DNA of 64,000 nt from Bacteroidales bacterium (GCA_017962845.1 JAGCUN010000024.1:23298-87297), one strand, 5' to 3'; shown: positions 1-9,219, counted from the first letter of the stretch. Translations and numbers: made by a program. The notes: generated from the letters alone by a model not told the origin.

Positions 1-2
1 TG

Positions 3-131
3 CACTTGCACATGGGGTACGATGGCAATAAGGGCAAGAAGGTGTGCGATGCCGGGTTCGATTATGCCAACGCCATCATTAACTGTTGCGAACTGCTGTA
101 CCCGAATAACCCCTCTCCTCAGGTGGCCTAA
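3..131 (+). CDS. 3' end (last ~42 codons) of an unidentified CDS entering from upstream of the window
   Basis: Frame 3 is open from the window edge to TAA at 129-131 (...LHMGYDGNKGKKVCDAGFDYANAIINCCELLYPNNPSPQVA*). No family recognised. Confidence 0.3.
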   Translation, partial: HLHMGYDGNKGKKVCDAGFDYANAIINCCELLYPNNPSPQVA

Positions 132-188
132 CCACCTGTTCTTATCGTAAAAAACAATTTGCGGGTTGAGTAGGCTTTCAACGGCCTC

Positions 189-770
189 TTACTTTTTCCG
201 ATAGAATCCCATCTCGTCGATGCACTGCGCCACTTTGGGATGGAGACAATATTGTACGGATTTGCCCTCCGCGATGGAGTTACGAATTAGGGTGGCGGAG
301 ATTTCCATGAGTGGCGAGTTGACCATCTGCACGTTGGGCAGAGCCTTCCACTTCCCGCCGTCGCAGCCAGGACGGGGATAGACGTAGATGGCGTAATTCT
401 CCAAGATGAACTCGTAATTTTTCCACTTGTCGATGGTCTGGAGGTTGTCCTCGCCCATGATGAGCACAAACTCCTTGTCGGGATATTTCTCGCTGAGCCG
501 CACCAGCGTGTGACTGGTGTAGGAGGGGAGCGGCAGTCCGAACTCGATGTCGCAGGAGCGGAAACGGGCGTCGTCCTCCACGGCGAGATTCACCATATAG
601 AGCCGCTGGTGACCGTTGAGCAGCGACTCTTTCTTCTTGAGCGGGTTGTTGGGCGACACCACAAACCACACCTCTTTCAGGTCGGTATTCTCCACAAAAT
701 ATTCAGCTATAATGAGATGGCCGATATGGATGGGGTTGAAGGAGCCGAAGAAGAGACCTACTTTTGACAT
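189..770 (-). CDS. nadD: nicotinate-nucleotide adenylyltransferase
   Basis: 193 aa. N-terminal GLFFGSFNPIHIGHL (nucleotidyltransferase HxGH motif) and an ISATLIR-type C-terminal motif. Overlaps the gmk stop by 13 nt, as in an operon. Confidence 0.85.
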   Translation of the reverse strand: MSKVGLFFGSFNPIHIGHLIIAEYFVENTDLKEVWFVVSPNNPLKKKESLLNGHQRLYMVNLAVEDDARFRSCDIEFGLPLPSYTSHTLVRLSEKYPDKEFVLIMGEDNLQTIDKWKNYEFILENYAIYVYPRPGCDGGKWKALPNVQMVNSPLMEISATLIRNSIAEGKSVQYCLHPKVAQCIDEMGFYRKK

Positions 771-1327
771 AAGAAATCGTTGACTAACTGACAGGCCCTC
801 TGTTGGGCGTCGGCGAGGATGTCGTTCACCAGAATCACATCAAACTGGTTGGCGAAGGTGAGTTCGTACTCAGCCTTGTCGATGCGTTTTTTGAGAGTTT
901 CGGGCGTTTCGGTGCCACGTCCCACGAGGCGTTTTTTCAAATCCTCGACGGTGGGCGGCTGGATGAAGATGGAGAGGGCTCTTTCGCCGTAATACTTCTT
1001 GATGTTGATGCCGCCGAGCACATCCACGTCGAAAATTACCACCTTACCTTCGTTGCCGAGACGGTCCACCTCCGACTTGAGGGAGCCGTAGTACTGTCCG
1101 GCGTACACCTCCTGCCATTCGAGGAAGTCGCCATCGGCGATGCGCTGCTGGAAGTCGGGAACGGTGATAAAATAGTAGTCTTTTCCGTCGGTTTCCATCT
1201 CGCGTTTGGCGCGTGTGGTGGCGGAAATGGAGAAAGAAAGTTCGGGGATATTTTCGAGAAGATGGCGCACGATGGAGGTCTTTCCTGCTCCGGAAGGTGC
1301 CGATACAACGATTAACTTATTTTGCAT
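758..1327 (-). CDS. gmk: guanylate kinase
   Basis: 189 aa. P-loop VVSAPSGAGKTS, then SATTR...E..G.DY.F and EVD..G motifs typical of Gmk. Confidence 0.9.
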   Translation of the reverse strand: MQNKLIVVSAPSGAGKTSIVRHLLENIPELSFSISATTRAKREMETDGKDYYFITVPDFQQRIADGDFLEWQEVYAGQYYGSLKSEVDRLGNEGKVVIFDVDVLGGINIKKYYGERALSIFIQPPTVEDLKKRLVGRGTETPETLKKRIDKAEYELTFANQFDVILVNDILADAQQRACQLVNDFLCQK

Positions 1328-1456
1328 AAGCGGATTAGTTTAGAATTTTAGGCTGACAAAATTACACTAATTTTTTCAATATCAAACAGAAAGAAGGGGG
1401 AAGTAGGTGAAAAAATTATTTTTTTCAAAAAAGGATGAGCGTATTGAAATTTTTTC

Positions 1457-1464
1457 TAATTTTG
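1457..1464 (+). promoter_or_regulatory. Bacteroidota -7 box (TAATTTTG) for tRNA-Pro
   Basis: TAnnTTTG match 17 nt upstream of the tRNA 5' end. Confidence 0.4.
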
Positions 1465-1480
1465 CAGCCGCAAAAATGAA

Positions 1481-1554
1481 CGGGGTGTGGCGCAGTTGGC
1501 TAGCGTACTTGCATGGGGTGCAAGGGGTCGGAAGTTCGAGTCTTCTCACCCCGA
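1481..1554 (+). tRNA. tRNA-Pro (anticodon GGG)
   Basis: Hand-folded cloverleaf. Acceptor CGGGGTG/CACCCCG, D-arm GCGC..GCGT, anticodon stem CTTGC/GCAAG with loop ATGGGGT, T-arm GGAAG-TTCGAGT-CTTCT. 74 nt, no encoded CCA. Confidence 0.85.
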
Positions 1555-1564
1555 CGTTCAAAAA

Positions 1565-1600
1565 AAAGGCAATCCGAATGGGTTGCCTTTTTTATTTTTT
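1565..1600 (+). terminator. hairpin plus T-tract after tRNA-Pro
   Basis: AAGGCAA-loop-TTGCCTT followed by TTTTTATTTTTTT. Confidence 0.5.
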
Positions 1601-1602
1601 TG

Positions 1603-1610
1603 TATATTTG
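1603..1610 (+). promoter_or_regulatory. -7 box TATATTTG for the 1649 CDS
   Basis: TAnnTTTG match 39 nt upstream of the ATG. Confidence 0.4.
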
Positions 1611-1648
1611 CACCCAATAAAAAAATCATTCACCCTAACATCAACACT

Positions 1649-2311
1649 ATGAAAAAATTATTGCTTCTGTGCATAGCATCTTGCCTGCTGTTTTCCCTTT
1701 ATGGCCATAGCCACCCAACTTACGGAAACGATGAGGAAAAGAGTGTAATCTCCTCCCACAAAGAAGGAGGCCCTGCTTTCAAAGCCTTCATGAGGCTGTT
1801 TGACCAGACGGAAGAGAACATAAAAAACTGCAAAACCTGCGATGAATTAGACGCAGTTTTTGAAAAATTCCTCGACGACCTGGCAAAAATCAGTGATCAG
1901 TATAACGATGACGATCTTACAGAAGCAGAGGAAGAAGTTTTAGAACAGCAATTGGAAGAAATAGAAAAACTGGTTGACATTCAGGTGGAGAAATTGTGCG
2001 GAGACAGCATGAATGATGGGTACGAAAAAAAAGGAGACAAAAACTCTGAAAACGTCGGGGAAAGCAGCCCCGCCTTTTTGGAGATAATGGATTTTATCGA
2101 TGACCTCGAAAAGCAGCTCAACAAATGCACTACTTGCGAAAGGCTGACCATTGTAGCCAACCGATTCTCGGAGGATTTCAAAGAAATTCAAAAGAAGTAT
2201 GGATCCGAACCCAATCTGAAAGAATGGGAGGAAGATCGATTGGATGAACGTTTCGATGACATCGATGAACTATTTGAGAGAAAATACACCCAACTGTGTG
2301 GTGACGATTGA
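1649..2311 (+). CDS. secreted acidic protein with two ~90-aa internal repeats, each carrying CxxC...LCGD; function unknown
   Basis: Signal peptide MKKLLLLCIASCLLFSLYG. Repeat 1 is GPAFKAFMRLFDQTEENIKNCKTCDEL...KLCGD; repeat 2 is SPAFLEIMDFIDDLEKQLNKCTTCERL...QLCGDD. The tracked ORF start at 1487 overlaps tRNA-Pro, so the ATG at 1649 is used. Confidence 0.7.
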   Translation: MKKLLLLCIASCLLFSLYGHSHPTYGNDEEKSVISSHKEGGPAFKAFMRLFDQTEENIKNCKTCDELDAVFEKFLDDLAKISDQYNDDDLTEAEEEVLEQQLEEIEKLVDIQVEKLCGDSMNDGYEKKGDKNSENVGESSPAFLEIMDFIDDLEKQLNKCTTCERLTIVANRFSEDFKEIQKKYGSEPNLKEWEEDRLDERFDDIDELFERKYTQLCGDD

Positions 2312-2337
2312 GAGGGTGTACCCCATCCCACAACAAA

Positions 2338-2364
2338 AAAAGGACCACTTTCGTGATCCTTTTG
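2338..2364. terminator. bidirectional hairpin between the 1649 CDS and tRNA-Phe
   Basis: AAAGGACCAC-TTTC-GTGATCCTTT (one mismatch) flanked by an A-run and a T-run. Confidence 0.4.
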
Positions 2365-2370
2365 GAGGAG

Positions 2371-2443
2371 TGGCACTGACTGGAGTTGAACCAGTGACAC
2401 ACGGATTTTCAGTCCGCTGCTCTACCACCTGAGCTACAGCGCC
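2371..2443 (-). tRNA. tRNA-Phe (anticodon GAA)
   Basis: The reverse complement reads GGCGCTGTAGCTCAGGTGGTAGAGCAGCGGACTGAAAATCCGTGTGTCACTGGTTCAACTCCAGTCAGTGCCA. The cloverleaf folds with anticodon loop CTGAAAA. Confidence 0.9.
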
Positions 2444-2461
2444 TCTCTGAATTTGAGGCTG

Positions 2462-2469
2462 CAAAAATA
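2462..2469 (-). promoter_or_regulatory. -7 box TATTTTTG for tRNA-Phe
   Basis: Minus strand reads AAAAGTTGTATTTTTGCAGCCTCAAA, nearly identical to the tRNA-Asn promoter. Confidence 0.45.
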
Positions 2470-2571
2470 CAACTTTTTTCTAAACGCACAACATAATCGT
2501 CAAAAAAATTTTTTTTCTTCATTTTTATAATAAATTAAAGATAAAATTGTTGTAGAAACGGCAATTTAATG

Positions 2572-2579
2572 TACTTTTG
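2572..2579 (+). promoter_or_regulatory. -7 box TACTTTTG for the M16 peptidase gene
   Basis: TAnnTTTG match 72 nt upstream of the ATG at 2651. Confidence 0.35.
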
Positions 2580-2650
2580 CACAAGTATAAAATTACCTTT
2601 ATTTATTAATGTAAATAATTAAAAATCAATAATTTATTAATAACTAAACC

Positions 2651-5503
2651 ATGAAAAGTATGAAAAGAATTCTGTTTTTTATTGCCATTGTTGCGGTTAG
2701 TTTTGGCTTTATGCCCAGCGGCAATGCGCAGAAATTGGATGCCAAAATCGGCAACGATCCGAACGTAAGAATCGGAAAATTGGACAACGGATTGACATAT
2801 TACATCCGTCACAATGCAAAACCCGAAGGTCGTGTGGAGTTCCGTTTGGCGGTGAACGCCGGTTCGTGCCAGGAGGATGACGACCAGCAGGGTCTGGCTC
2901 ACTTCACCGAGCACATGGCCTTCAACGGTATCGAAGGTTATCCGCACAACGACATGATCGACCAGTTGCAGAAGATTGGTGTCACCTTCGGAGTGGGTAT
3001 CAACGCTTACACTTCGTTTGATGAGACCGTTTTCATGATCACCATGCCGACCGACAACCAGAAGCACATCGACTTCGGTATTAATATATTGTATGGTTGG
3101 GCACACGGCCTGCTCTACGACCCGAAGGAGATCGACGACGAGCGCGGTGTTATTTCCGAGGAGTGGCGTATGGGCAACGGTGCCAGCGACCGTATGCAGA
3201 AGAAATGGTTCCCGGTGGTGTTCACCAACTCGCTGTATGCTCAGCGTCTGCCCATCGGTCTGATTGAAATCATCCAGGGTTTCAAGCCGGAGGTCATCCG
3301 TCGTTTTTACAACGACTGGTATCGTCCGGATTTGCAGGCTGTGATTGTGGTCGGTGACATCGACGTGGACAAAATCGAGCAGCAGATTAAGGACAAGTTC
3401 TCTCCCATCCCTGCCAAAGAGAATGCCCGTCCGAAGGTTTATCCTAAGATTGAAGACAACAAGGAGCCTCTGGCATGTGTTTGCACCGACAAAGAGGCTG
3501 GTGGCAACCAGGTGATGATGATCCGCAAGTTCAAACATCAGCCCATGACCACCGTACAGGACTACCGCGACCACATGATCGAGGAGCTGTACAACTCGAT
3601 GTTTGAGTCGCGTTTGGAGGAACTCCAGCAGAATCCCAACTGTCCCGCTGTGGGTAGCTCGGTGGGATACGGCCACTTTATTGGTGAAATGGATGCCTAC
3701 ACCCTGGTGGGTATGTCCAAAGAGAACCGCATCAAAGAGACTGCCGAGATGTTGCTTCGCGAGGACTACCGCGTGCTGAAATATGGTTTCTTGGAGACCG
3801 AGCTGCAGCGTGCCAAAGAGGCTTTGATGGAGCGTTACGAGCGTGCCGTGAAGGAGATCGACAAGACCGAATCGGCCCGTTTCGCCGGCGAGTATGTGGA
3901 CAACTATCTGCATCAGGAGCCCATCCCGGGTGCCAAGCGCGAACTCGCTTACGCCAAGAAATACCTCGAAGGCATCACTTTGGAAGAGGTGAACGCCCTT
4001 GCCAAGAAATGGATTGTGGACGAGAACTTTGTGGCCGTGGTGATGGCTCCCGAAAAAGAGGGTGTGAAAGTGCCCACGGAAGCCGAGATGATCGCCATCA
4101 TCAAAGATAAATCCCTTGCCAATGTGGAACCCTATGTGGACAACTACAAAGAGCAGGAAATCATTGAGAAAGAAACTCTTAAGAAAGGCAGCATTGTAAG
4201 CCAGCGCGAACTTCCCGAGGTGGGCGCTACCGAATACACCCTCTCCAACGGTGTCAAGGTGGTGGCCAAACACACCGATTTCAAGAACGACGAAATCCTG
4301 TTCAGCGCAACGAGCCAGGGCGGTTACAGCATGTACTATGAGTGCGACATCCCCTCACTCGCCCTCGCCTCCGAAATGGTGGATCGCGGCGGTATCAACG
4401 AGATGGATTACGCCTCCTTGCAGAAGAAACTGAAAGGCAAGAAAATCGGTCTCAGCCCCAACATTTCCGTGATCAGCGAAGGTCTCAGCGGCAGCACCAG
4501 TCCGAAAGACCTCGAGCTTTTCTGCCAGTATGTCAACGCTTTCTTCACGCATCCTCGTGAAGACACTGCTGCTTATACGCTCGTGATGGATGAGACGCGC
4601 GAGCAGCTTAAGATGATGCAGTCGCAGCCCATGTACAAGTTCATCGGTGAGTTCATCGGCAGCATCTACAACGATCCTTACATGATCAACATGCTGACCT
4701 ACGATGAGGAGTTCCTCAGCAAGGTGGATTACGACCGCGCTATGTATCTTTACAAAGAGCGTTTCGCCAACCCCGCCGACTTCACCTTCTTCTTCACTGG
4801 CGCTTTCGACCAGAAAGAGTTGGAGAACATGATGGAGACCTACATTGCCTCCATGCCCACCACCAGCGACAGAGAGAAATTCCGTCAGGAGGTGTTCAGC
4901 AAACACGAGAAAAAGCAAGTGAGCAAGGAGATTTACTTTGGTGAAGAGGATGCCGCCAGCTGGGCAGGCTTGGCCTTCATCAACGACTTGGAGTGGAACG
5001 AGCCGAACGAGCTGATGACCGAGGTGATCAACGAGGCCCTTTCCATCGAACTTTTGGAGACCATCCGCGAGAAGATGGGCGGTGTGTATAGTCCTATGGT
5101 ACAGATGGCTGCACAGAAATATCCCACTTCCCAGCTGATGTGCATGGTGCTGTTCAGCTGCGATTCGAAGAACACCGACAAACTGTCGGACGCTGTCATC
5201 AAGATCCTCCAGAACTTCATCAAGAAGGGACCGAAGAAAGCCACTCTCGACAAGGTGAAGGAGCAGATGTTGCGCAATGCCGAAGAGGATCAGCAGACCA
5301 ACCGTTACTGGCATTCCTACATCGCCACTCAGTATCTCTACAACGATGATCTGAACGAGATGAACACCGTGAAGGAGAACTTGAGCAAGATTACGGTGAA
5401 GGATATTGCAGCCTTCATGCAGAAAAACTTCGATATTCAGAACTATCTGAAGGTCTATATGTATCCTGAAGCCTTCAAAAACAAGACGGACAAGACGAAA
5501 TAA
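2651..5503 (+). CDS. M16 (pitrilysin/insulinase) family zinc peptidase, secreted, fused two-half form
   Basis: 950 aa. Signal peptide, inverted zinc motif HFTEHMAFNG (HxxEH), and a long second M16-like half. Confidence 0.85.
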   Translation: MKSMKRILFFIAIVAVSFGFMPSGNAQKLDAKIGNDPNVRIGKLDNGLTYYIRHNAKPEGRVEFRLAVNAGSCQEDDDQQGLAHFTEHMAFNGIEGYPHNDMIDQLQKIGVTFGVGINAYTSFDETVFMITMPTDNQKHIDFGINILYGWAHGLLYDPKEIDDERGVISEEWRMGNGASDRMQKKWFPVVFTNSLYAQRLPIGLIEIIQGFKPEVIRRFYNDWYRPDLQAVIVVGDIDVDKIEQQIKDKFSPIPAKENARPKVYPKIEDNKEPLACVCTDKEAGGNQVMMIRKFKHQPMTTVQDYRDHMIEELYNSMFESRLEELQQNPNCPAVGSSVGYGHFIGEMDAYTLVGMSKENRIKETAEMLLREDYRVLKYGFLETELQRAKEALMERYERAVKEIDKTESARFAGEYVDNYLHQEPIPGAKRELAYAKKYLEGITLEEVNALAKKWIVDENFVAVVMAPEKEGVKVPTEAEMIAIIKDKSLANVEPYVDNYKEQEIIEKETLKKGSIVSQRELPEVGATEYTLSNGVKVVAKHTDFKNDEILFSATSQGGYSMYYECDIPSLALASEMVDRGGINEMDYASLQKKLKGKKIGLSPNISVISEGLSGSTSPKDLELFCQYVNAFFTHPREDTAAYTLVMDETREQLKMMQSQPMYKFIGEFIGSIYNDPYMINMLTYDEEFLSKVDYDRAMYLYKERFANPADFTFFFTGAFDQKELENMMETYIASMPTTSDREKFRQEVFSKHEKKQVSKEIYFGEEDAASWAGLAFINDLEWNEPNELMTEVINEALSIELLETIREKMGGVYSPMVQMAAQKYPTSQLMCMVLFSCDSKNTDKLSDAVIKILQNFIKKGPKKATLDKVKEQMLRNAEEDQQTNRYWHSYIATQYLYNDDLNEMNTVKENLSKITVKDIAAFMQKNFDIQNYLKVYMYPEAFKNKTDKTK

Positions 5504-5598
5504 TCATTCGTAAAATGGTCATTTATAATTAATTGTAACGTTTTGAGGATGTAGAAAAATTTTTTTCAAAAAAGATGCGCAACAAAACAAAAAAGTTG

Positions 5599-5606
5599 TA
5601 TTTTTG
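5599..5606 (+). promoter_or_regulatory. -7 box TATTTTTG for tRNA-Asn
   Basis: AAAAGTTGTATTTTTGCATCCTCAAAAC, 19 nt before the tRNA 5' end. Confidence 0.45.
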
Positions 5607-5624
5607 CATCCTCAAAACACCACT

Positions 5625-5698
5625 GCTTCCTTAGCTCAGTTGGTTAGAGCATCTGACTGTTAATCAGAGGGTCCTAGGTTCAAGTCCTAGAGGGAGCG
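5625..5698 (+). tRNA. tRNA-Asn (anticodon GTT)
   Basis: Hand-folded. Acceptor GCTTCCT/AGGGAGC, D-arm GCTC..GAGC, anticodon stem TCTGA/TCAGA with loop CTGTTAA, T-arm CTAGG-TTCAAGT-CCTAG. 74 nt. Confidence 0.9.
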
Positions 5699-5706
5699 CA
5701 AAGCGA

Positions 5707-5743
5707 AAGCACCGATTCTTACAAAGAGTTGGTGCTTTTTTTT
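5707..5743 (+). terminator. hairpin plus T-tract after tRNA-Asn
   Basis: AAGCACCGATTCT...AGAGTTGGTGCTT followed by TTTTTTT. Confidence 0.55.
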
Positions 5744-5808
5744 ATCCTCTGCTTTGCAAAAAAAATATAATATTCAGCGAATCGTATTTCTATACCATAT
5801 TTTTATTG

Positions 5809-5816
5809 TATTTTTG
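5809..5816 (+). promoter_or_regulatory. -7 box TATTTTTG for the cargo gene at 5862
   Basis: TTGTATTTTTGCAGGG, 46 nt upstream of the ATG. Confidence 0.45.
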
Positions 5817-5861
5817 CAGGGTAAAATATAGAAATCCATTTATTAACCAAAACCATTTATT

Positions 5862-8800
5862 ATGAAAAAGTTACGTTTATTTATTATGATGCTGATGGCG
5901 GCGATGCTGCCGTTGGCAGTGCAGGCGCAGTCAACGCTGACCGTGCATGACGGAACGGTGCAGAATAGTAATGTTCCGATGTATGTAAGCTATTTTGATG
6001 ACTTCACTCGTTCGCATGTGGTTTACCCTGCTTCAGAGTTGGAAGACATGAATGGGGCGCAAATCAGTGCTATTACTTTTTATTGTACTAGCAATAACAT
6101 GCCTTACACCACTGTGTCAACGGTCGAGCTTTATATGACCGAGGTCGCTCAGGAAGGGGTTTCGGAATTTATTGACAAGAGCACGGCTACTATGGTGTAT
6201 CAAGGAACTGTGAACTTTGAGGCAACGGCTGATGGTGGCGAAGCTACCATTATCTTTGATACTCCTTACACCTACAATGGTGGTAATTTGCTTTTTGGTT
6301 GTGATAACACTACTGACGCTGGTTACAAATTCGTTTATTTTTTAGGTGAGACTGTTAACGGGGCCTCCTATTCTGGATATAATGCAACTTCTTTGGATAA
6401 TGTTACTTCAGGTACCCAGCGCAACTTCCTTCCCAAGACCACCTTCACCTATAGCGGTGGAGCTCCTGTTGCTTGTGCAAGACCTACTGAATTGGAATTT
6501 AGCAATTTGACCGCTACTTCTGTGGACCTCTCATGGACGGCTGGCGGCAGCGAAACCGAATGGACCCTCGAAGTGAACGGCACTGAAATGACCGGCATCA
6601 CCGCAAATCCCTACACACTGACGGTGAATCCCGCCACCAACTATACGGTAAAAGTGAAAGCCAATTGTTCAGCTACTGAGACTTCTAATTGGAGCAATAC
6701 TGTCTCATTCACCACTCCTTGTGCTACTATCACAGTGACGGAAACCTCTCCCTTTATGGAAGATTTCAACACCCTTACTGCAGGTATTCCCAATTGCTGG
6801 GACAATACCGATGGAACAACTACATCCAGTACCTCCAAATGGTCCTATTATGCAACTGGCGCTTCTGGTGCTTGCGTAAGATTTAACTCTTATTTCAACT
6901 CCAATGGCAATACCAACATGCTGAAAACCCCCGTGCTGGATATTACCCAGCTGACCAATCCGTGTGTCACTTTCAACTACAAGAACCCCACCGGTGGTGA
7001 TTTCTCAGTTTTCGTATCTACTGACGGCGGCGCAACCTACACCACTGCTTTGGCTACTGGTTTGACGGATATGACCGATTGGTCATCACTGACGTTGATG
7101 TTGAGCGGTCTTGATGCTACCGACAATGTCGTTATCGTGTTCCAGGGTACCAGTAACTATGGCAACGGCGACGCATACATTTATCTTGACGATGTGACCG
7201 TTGGCGAAGCTCCCGCCTGCGTTGCTCCTAATGGCCTTGCTGCCAACAATGTTACTGCTACCTCTGCTGACATTGCTTGGACTGCTAACAACGGTGAGAC
7301 TGAATGGACGATTGAAGTGAATGGTACCGAAATGACGGGTATCACCGAGAATCCCTACACGCTGACCACTACGGCCAATACCGAATATACTGTACGCGTG
7401 AAGGCTAACTGCTCTGCAACTGACGAGTCTGACTGGAGCGGAACTTATACTTTCACCACTCCTTGCGCAGCTGTCGCTACGGTTGAAGAAGATTTTGAAA
7501 CCTATACGGAAGGTCTTCCGGATTGCTGGGCAAAATTGGGCGCTGGTACGGTGACTGTACAGACCTCTCAGCCCAACTCTGGCAGCAAGAGCTTGAAATT
7601 CAGCGGCACTACTGGCACTAACATTGTTGCACTTCCCGCTCTCGAAAGTTATGCTGGCCTGTATCTCACCTTCTCTACCAAACCCGAAAGCAATTCCTAC
7701 ACAAACTGTGGTAGTTTCGCAGTGGGTTATGTGACTGGCGATGCCAGCACCTTCCAGGCATTGGCAACCTACAACTACAACGATACCTATTTTGATGGTG
7801 ATGTTTATGCTGTCATGAGCATTGACGTGTCAAGCGTACCGGCCAACGCACTTCTGGCCTTCAACCACATGTCAGAAGCTAGCTATTATTACTGGTTTGT
7901 GGACGATGTGAACGTTGCAGCAGCTCCCACTTGCTTGAGACCTACCGATGTTACCGTTTCCGACATCACTACCACTTCTGCTACCATCGCTTGGACCGAC
8001 AACAACGAGACCGCTCCTCAGAGCTGGACTATCGATCTGAATGGCGAAGAGACTGAAGTGACCACCAATCCTTACACCTTCGATAACCTCACCGCTGCTA
8101 CCATTTACACGGTAAAGGTGAAAGCCAACTGCACCGACGATGACGAATCCGCATGGAGCTCTGAAGTGGCCTTTGCTACCGATTGTGAAGTAATCGTGGT
8201 TACCCCTGCTAACCCTTATCAGGAAGGTTTTGAAAACGAAGGAATTTGCTGGACCATTGAACAAGTTATGGGTACATACGGCTGGTACACTCTTGAGAGC
8301 ACTTCCTCTTACGAAGGCAATGCTATGGCAGTTTGTCATTATGATCCCGCAAGCGAGAGCCGTTTGATTTCTCCCGTCCTGGATATCACCCAGCTGGAAG
8401 AGCCCACCTTCACTTTCCAACACCATCAGGCTATCTACAATAATATTGTGGATGATCTGCATGTATACTACAGAAGCAGTGCAACCGAAGAGTGGACCCT
8501 GTTGGCTTCATACACCACTGAGTTTGCTGACTGGACGATGGAAACCTTCACCCTCCCGAACCCGACGGCTACCTATCAGGTTGCCTTCCTCGGACATGGT
8601 AATGATGGTAACTTCATTTGGGTGGATGACATCAACATCTTTGACAATGCGGCAGAGCCTTGCGCTACCCCGACCAACGTGGCCGTGAACAACAATGTTG
8701 TGACTTGGACTGGCGCCGCCGCCAACTACAATGTTCAGGTTACCGTTGCTGGTGAAGTTGTGATCGACACCACCGTCGCCACCACCACCTTCACCGTTGA

Positions 8801-9149
8801 AGGCCTCGAAGAGGGTGCCCACGCCAGCGTGGCCGTTCAGGCTGTCTGCGCCGAGGATGACCTCTCCGAATGGAGCGAAGCTGTTGAATTCGACTACACC
8901 AATGGTATCAACAACTACAGCCTCAAAGCCAACATCTATCCGAACCCGACCACTGGCAATGTGACCGTTGAAAGCGACGCTATCAACGCCGACATCACCG
9001 TGTTCGACGCTTTCGGCAAACTGATGATGACCTCCAAAGTCGCCACCGAGCGCACTGAACTCAACTTCAGCGAGTTTGCTCCCGGCGTCTATATGGTACG
9101 TATCGCCAACGATACTGCTATCTCCACCATCAAGGTTGTGAAGAAATAA
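5862..9149 (+). CDS. large modular T9SS cargo protein (Fn3-like plus MAM/choice-of-anchor-J-like modules, type A C-terminal sorting domain)
   Basis: Signal peptide ending AVQAQ. Cys-bracketed Fn3-like modules lie at 6474-6722, 7218-7466, 7932-8186 and from 8661. They alternate with ~150-aa CW-motif modules. The C-terminus YPNPTTGNVTVESDAINADITVFDAFGKLMMTSKV...GVYMVRI...IKVVKK is a T9SS type A CTD. Confidence 0.85.
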   Translation: MKKLRLFIMMLMAAMLPLAVQAQSTLTVHDGTVQNSNVPMYVSYFDDFTRSHVVYPASELEDMNGAQISAITFYCTSNNMPYTTVSTVELYMTEVAQEGVSEFIDKSTATMVYQGTVNFEATADGGEATIIFDTPYTYNGGNLLFGCDNTTDAGYKFVYFLGETVNGASYSGYNATSLDNVTSGTQRNFLPKTTFTYSGGAPVACARPTELEFSNLTATSVDLSWTAGGSETEWTLEVNGTEMTGITANPYTLTVNPATNYTVKVKANCSATETSNWSNTVSFTTPCATITVTETSPFMEDFNTLTAGIPNCWDNTDGTTTSSTSKWSYYATGASGACVRFNSYFNSNGNTNMLKTPVLDITQLTNPCVTFNYKNPTGGDFSVFVSTDGGATYTTALATGLTDMTDWSSLTLMLSGLDATDNVVIVFQGTSNYGNGDAYIYLDDVTVGEAPACVAPNGLAANNVTATSADIAWTANNGETEWTIEVNGTEMTGITENPYTLTTTANTEYTVRVKANCSATDESDWSGTYTFTTPCAAVATVEEDFETYTEGLPDCWAKLGAGTVTVQTSQPNSGSKSLKFSGTTGTNIVALPALESYAGLYLTFSTKPESNSYTNCGSFAVGYVTGDASTFQALATYNYNDTYFDGDVYAVMSIDVSSVPANALLAFNHMSEASYYYWFVDDVNVAAAPTCLRPTDVTVSDITTTSATIAWTDNNETAPQSWTIDLNGEETEVTTNPYTFDNLTAATIYTVKVKANCTDDDESAWSSEVAFATDCEVIVVTPANPYQEGFENEGICWTIEQVMGTYGWYTLESTSSYEGNAMAVCHYDPASESRLISPVLDITQLEEPTFTFQHHQAIYNNIVDDLHVYYRSSATEEWTLLASYTTEFADWTMETFTLPNPTATYQVAFLGHGNDGNFIWVDDINIFDNAAEPCATPTNVAVNNNVVTWTGAAANYNVQVTVAGEVVIDTTVATTTFTVEGLEEGAHASVAVQAVCAEDDLSEWSEAVEFDYTNGINNYSLKANIYPNPTTGNVTVESDAINADITVFDAFGKLMMTSKVATERTELNFSEFAPGVYMVRIANDTAISTIKVVKK

Positions 9150-9171
9150 GGCACAACGATTCATTTCAACA

Positions 9172-9204
9172 AAAAATCCCGCAGGCAACTGCGGGATTTT
9201 TTTA
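9172..9204 (+). terminator. rho-independent terminator
   Basis: AAAAAATCCCGCAGGCAACTGCGGGATTTTTTT. Confidence 0.65.
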
Positions 9205-9219
9205 TTTATGAAAAATGTG

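Noticed and set aside
1487-1648. N-terminal extension of the 1487-2311 ORF.
   Set aside because: It overlaps tRNA-Pro and its terminator. A -7 box at 1603-1610 and a signal peptide starting at the ATG at 1649 define the real start.
1481-2443. tRNA-flanked segment as a possible integrated mobile element. The same applies to tRNA-Asn at 5625.
   Set aside because: No integrase, transposase or duplicated tRNA 3' end (att repeat) is visible. The segment holds a single small gene with a native-looking promoter and terminator.
2606-4273. 555-aa ORF antisense to the M16 peptidase gene. A similar one lies at 4355-5314.
   Set aside because: It is a shadow ORF on the opposite strand of a confidently identified gene. 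The translation is low-complexity (rich in H/V/G/L/F), with no start context, promoter box or recognisable motif.
5862-9149. Periodic nucleotide repeats that could be mistaken for a CRISPR or tandem-repeat array.
   Set aside because: The repeats are ~250-nt protein-domain duplications in one continuous reading frame, with diverged sequence. There are no short identical repeats with unique spacers and no cas genes.
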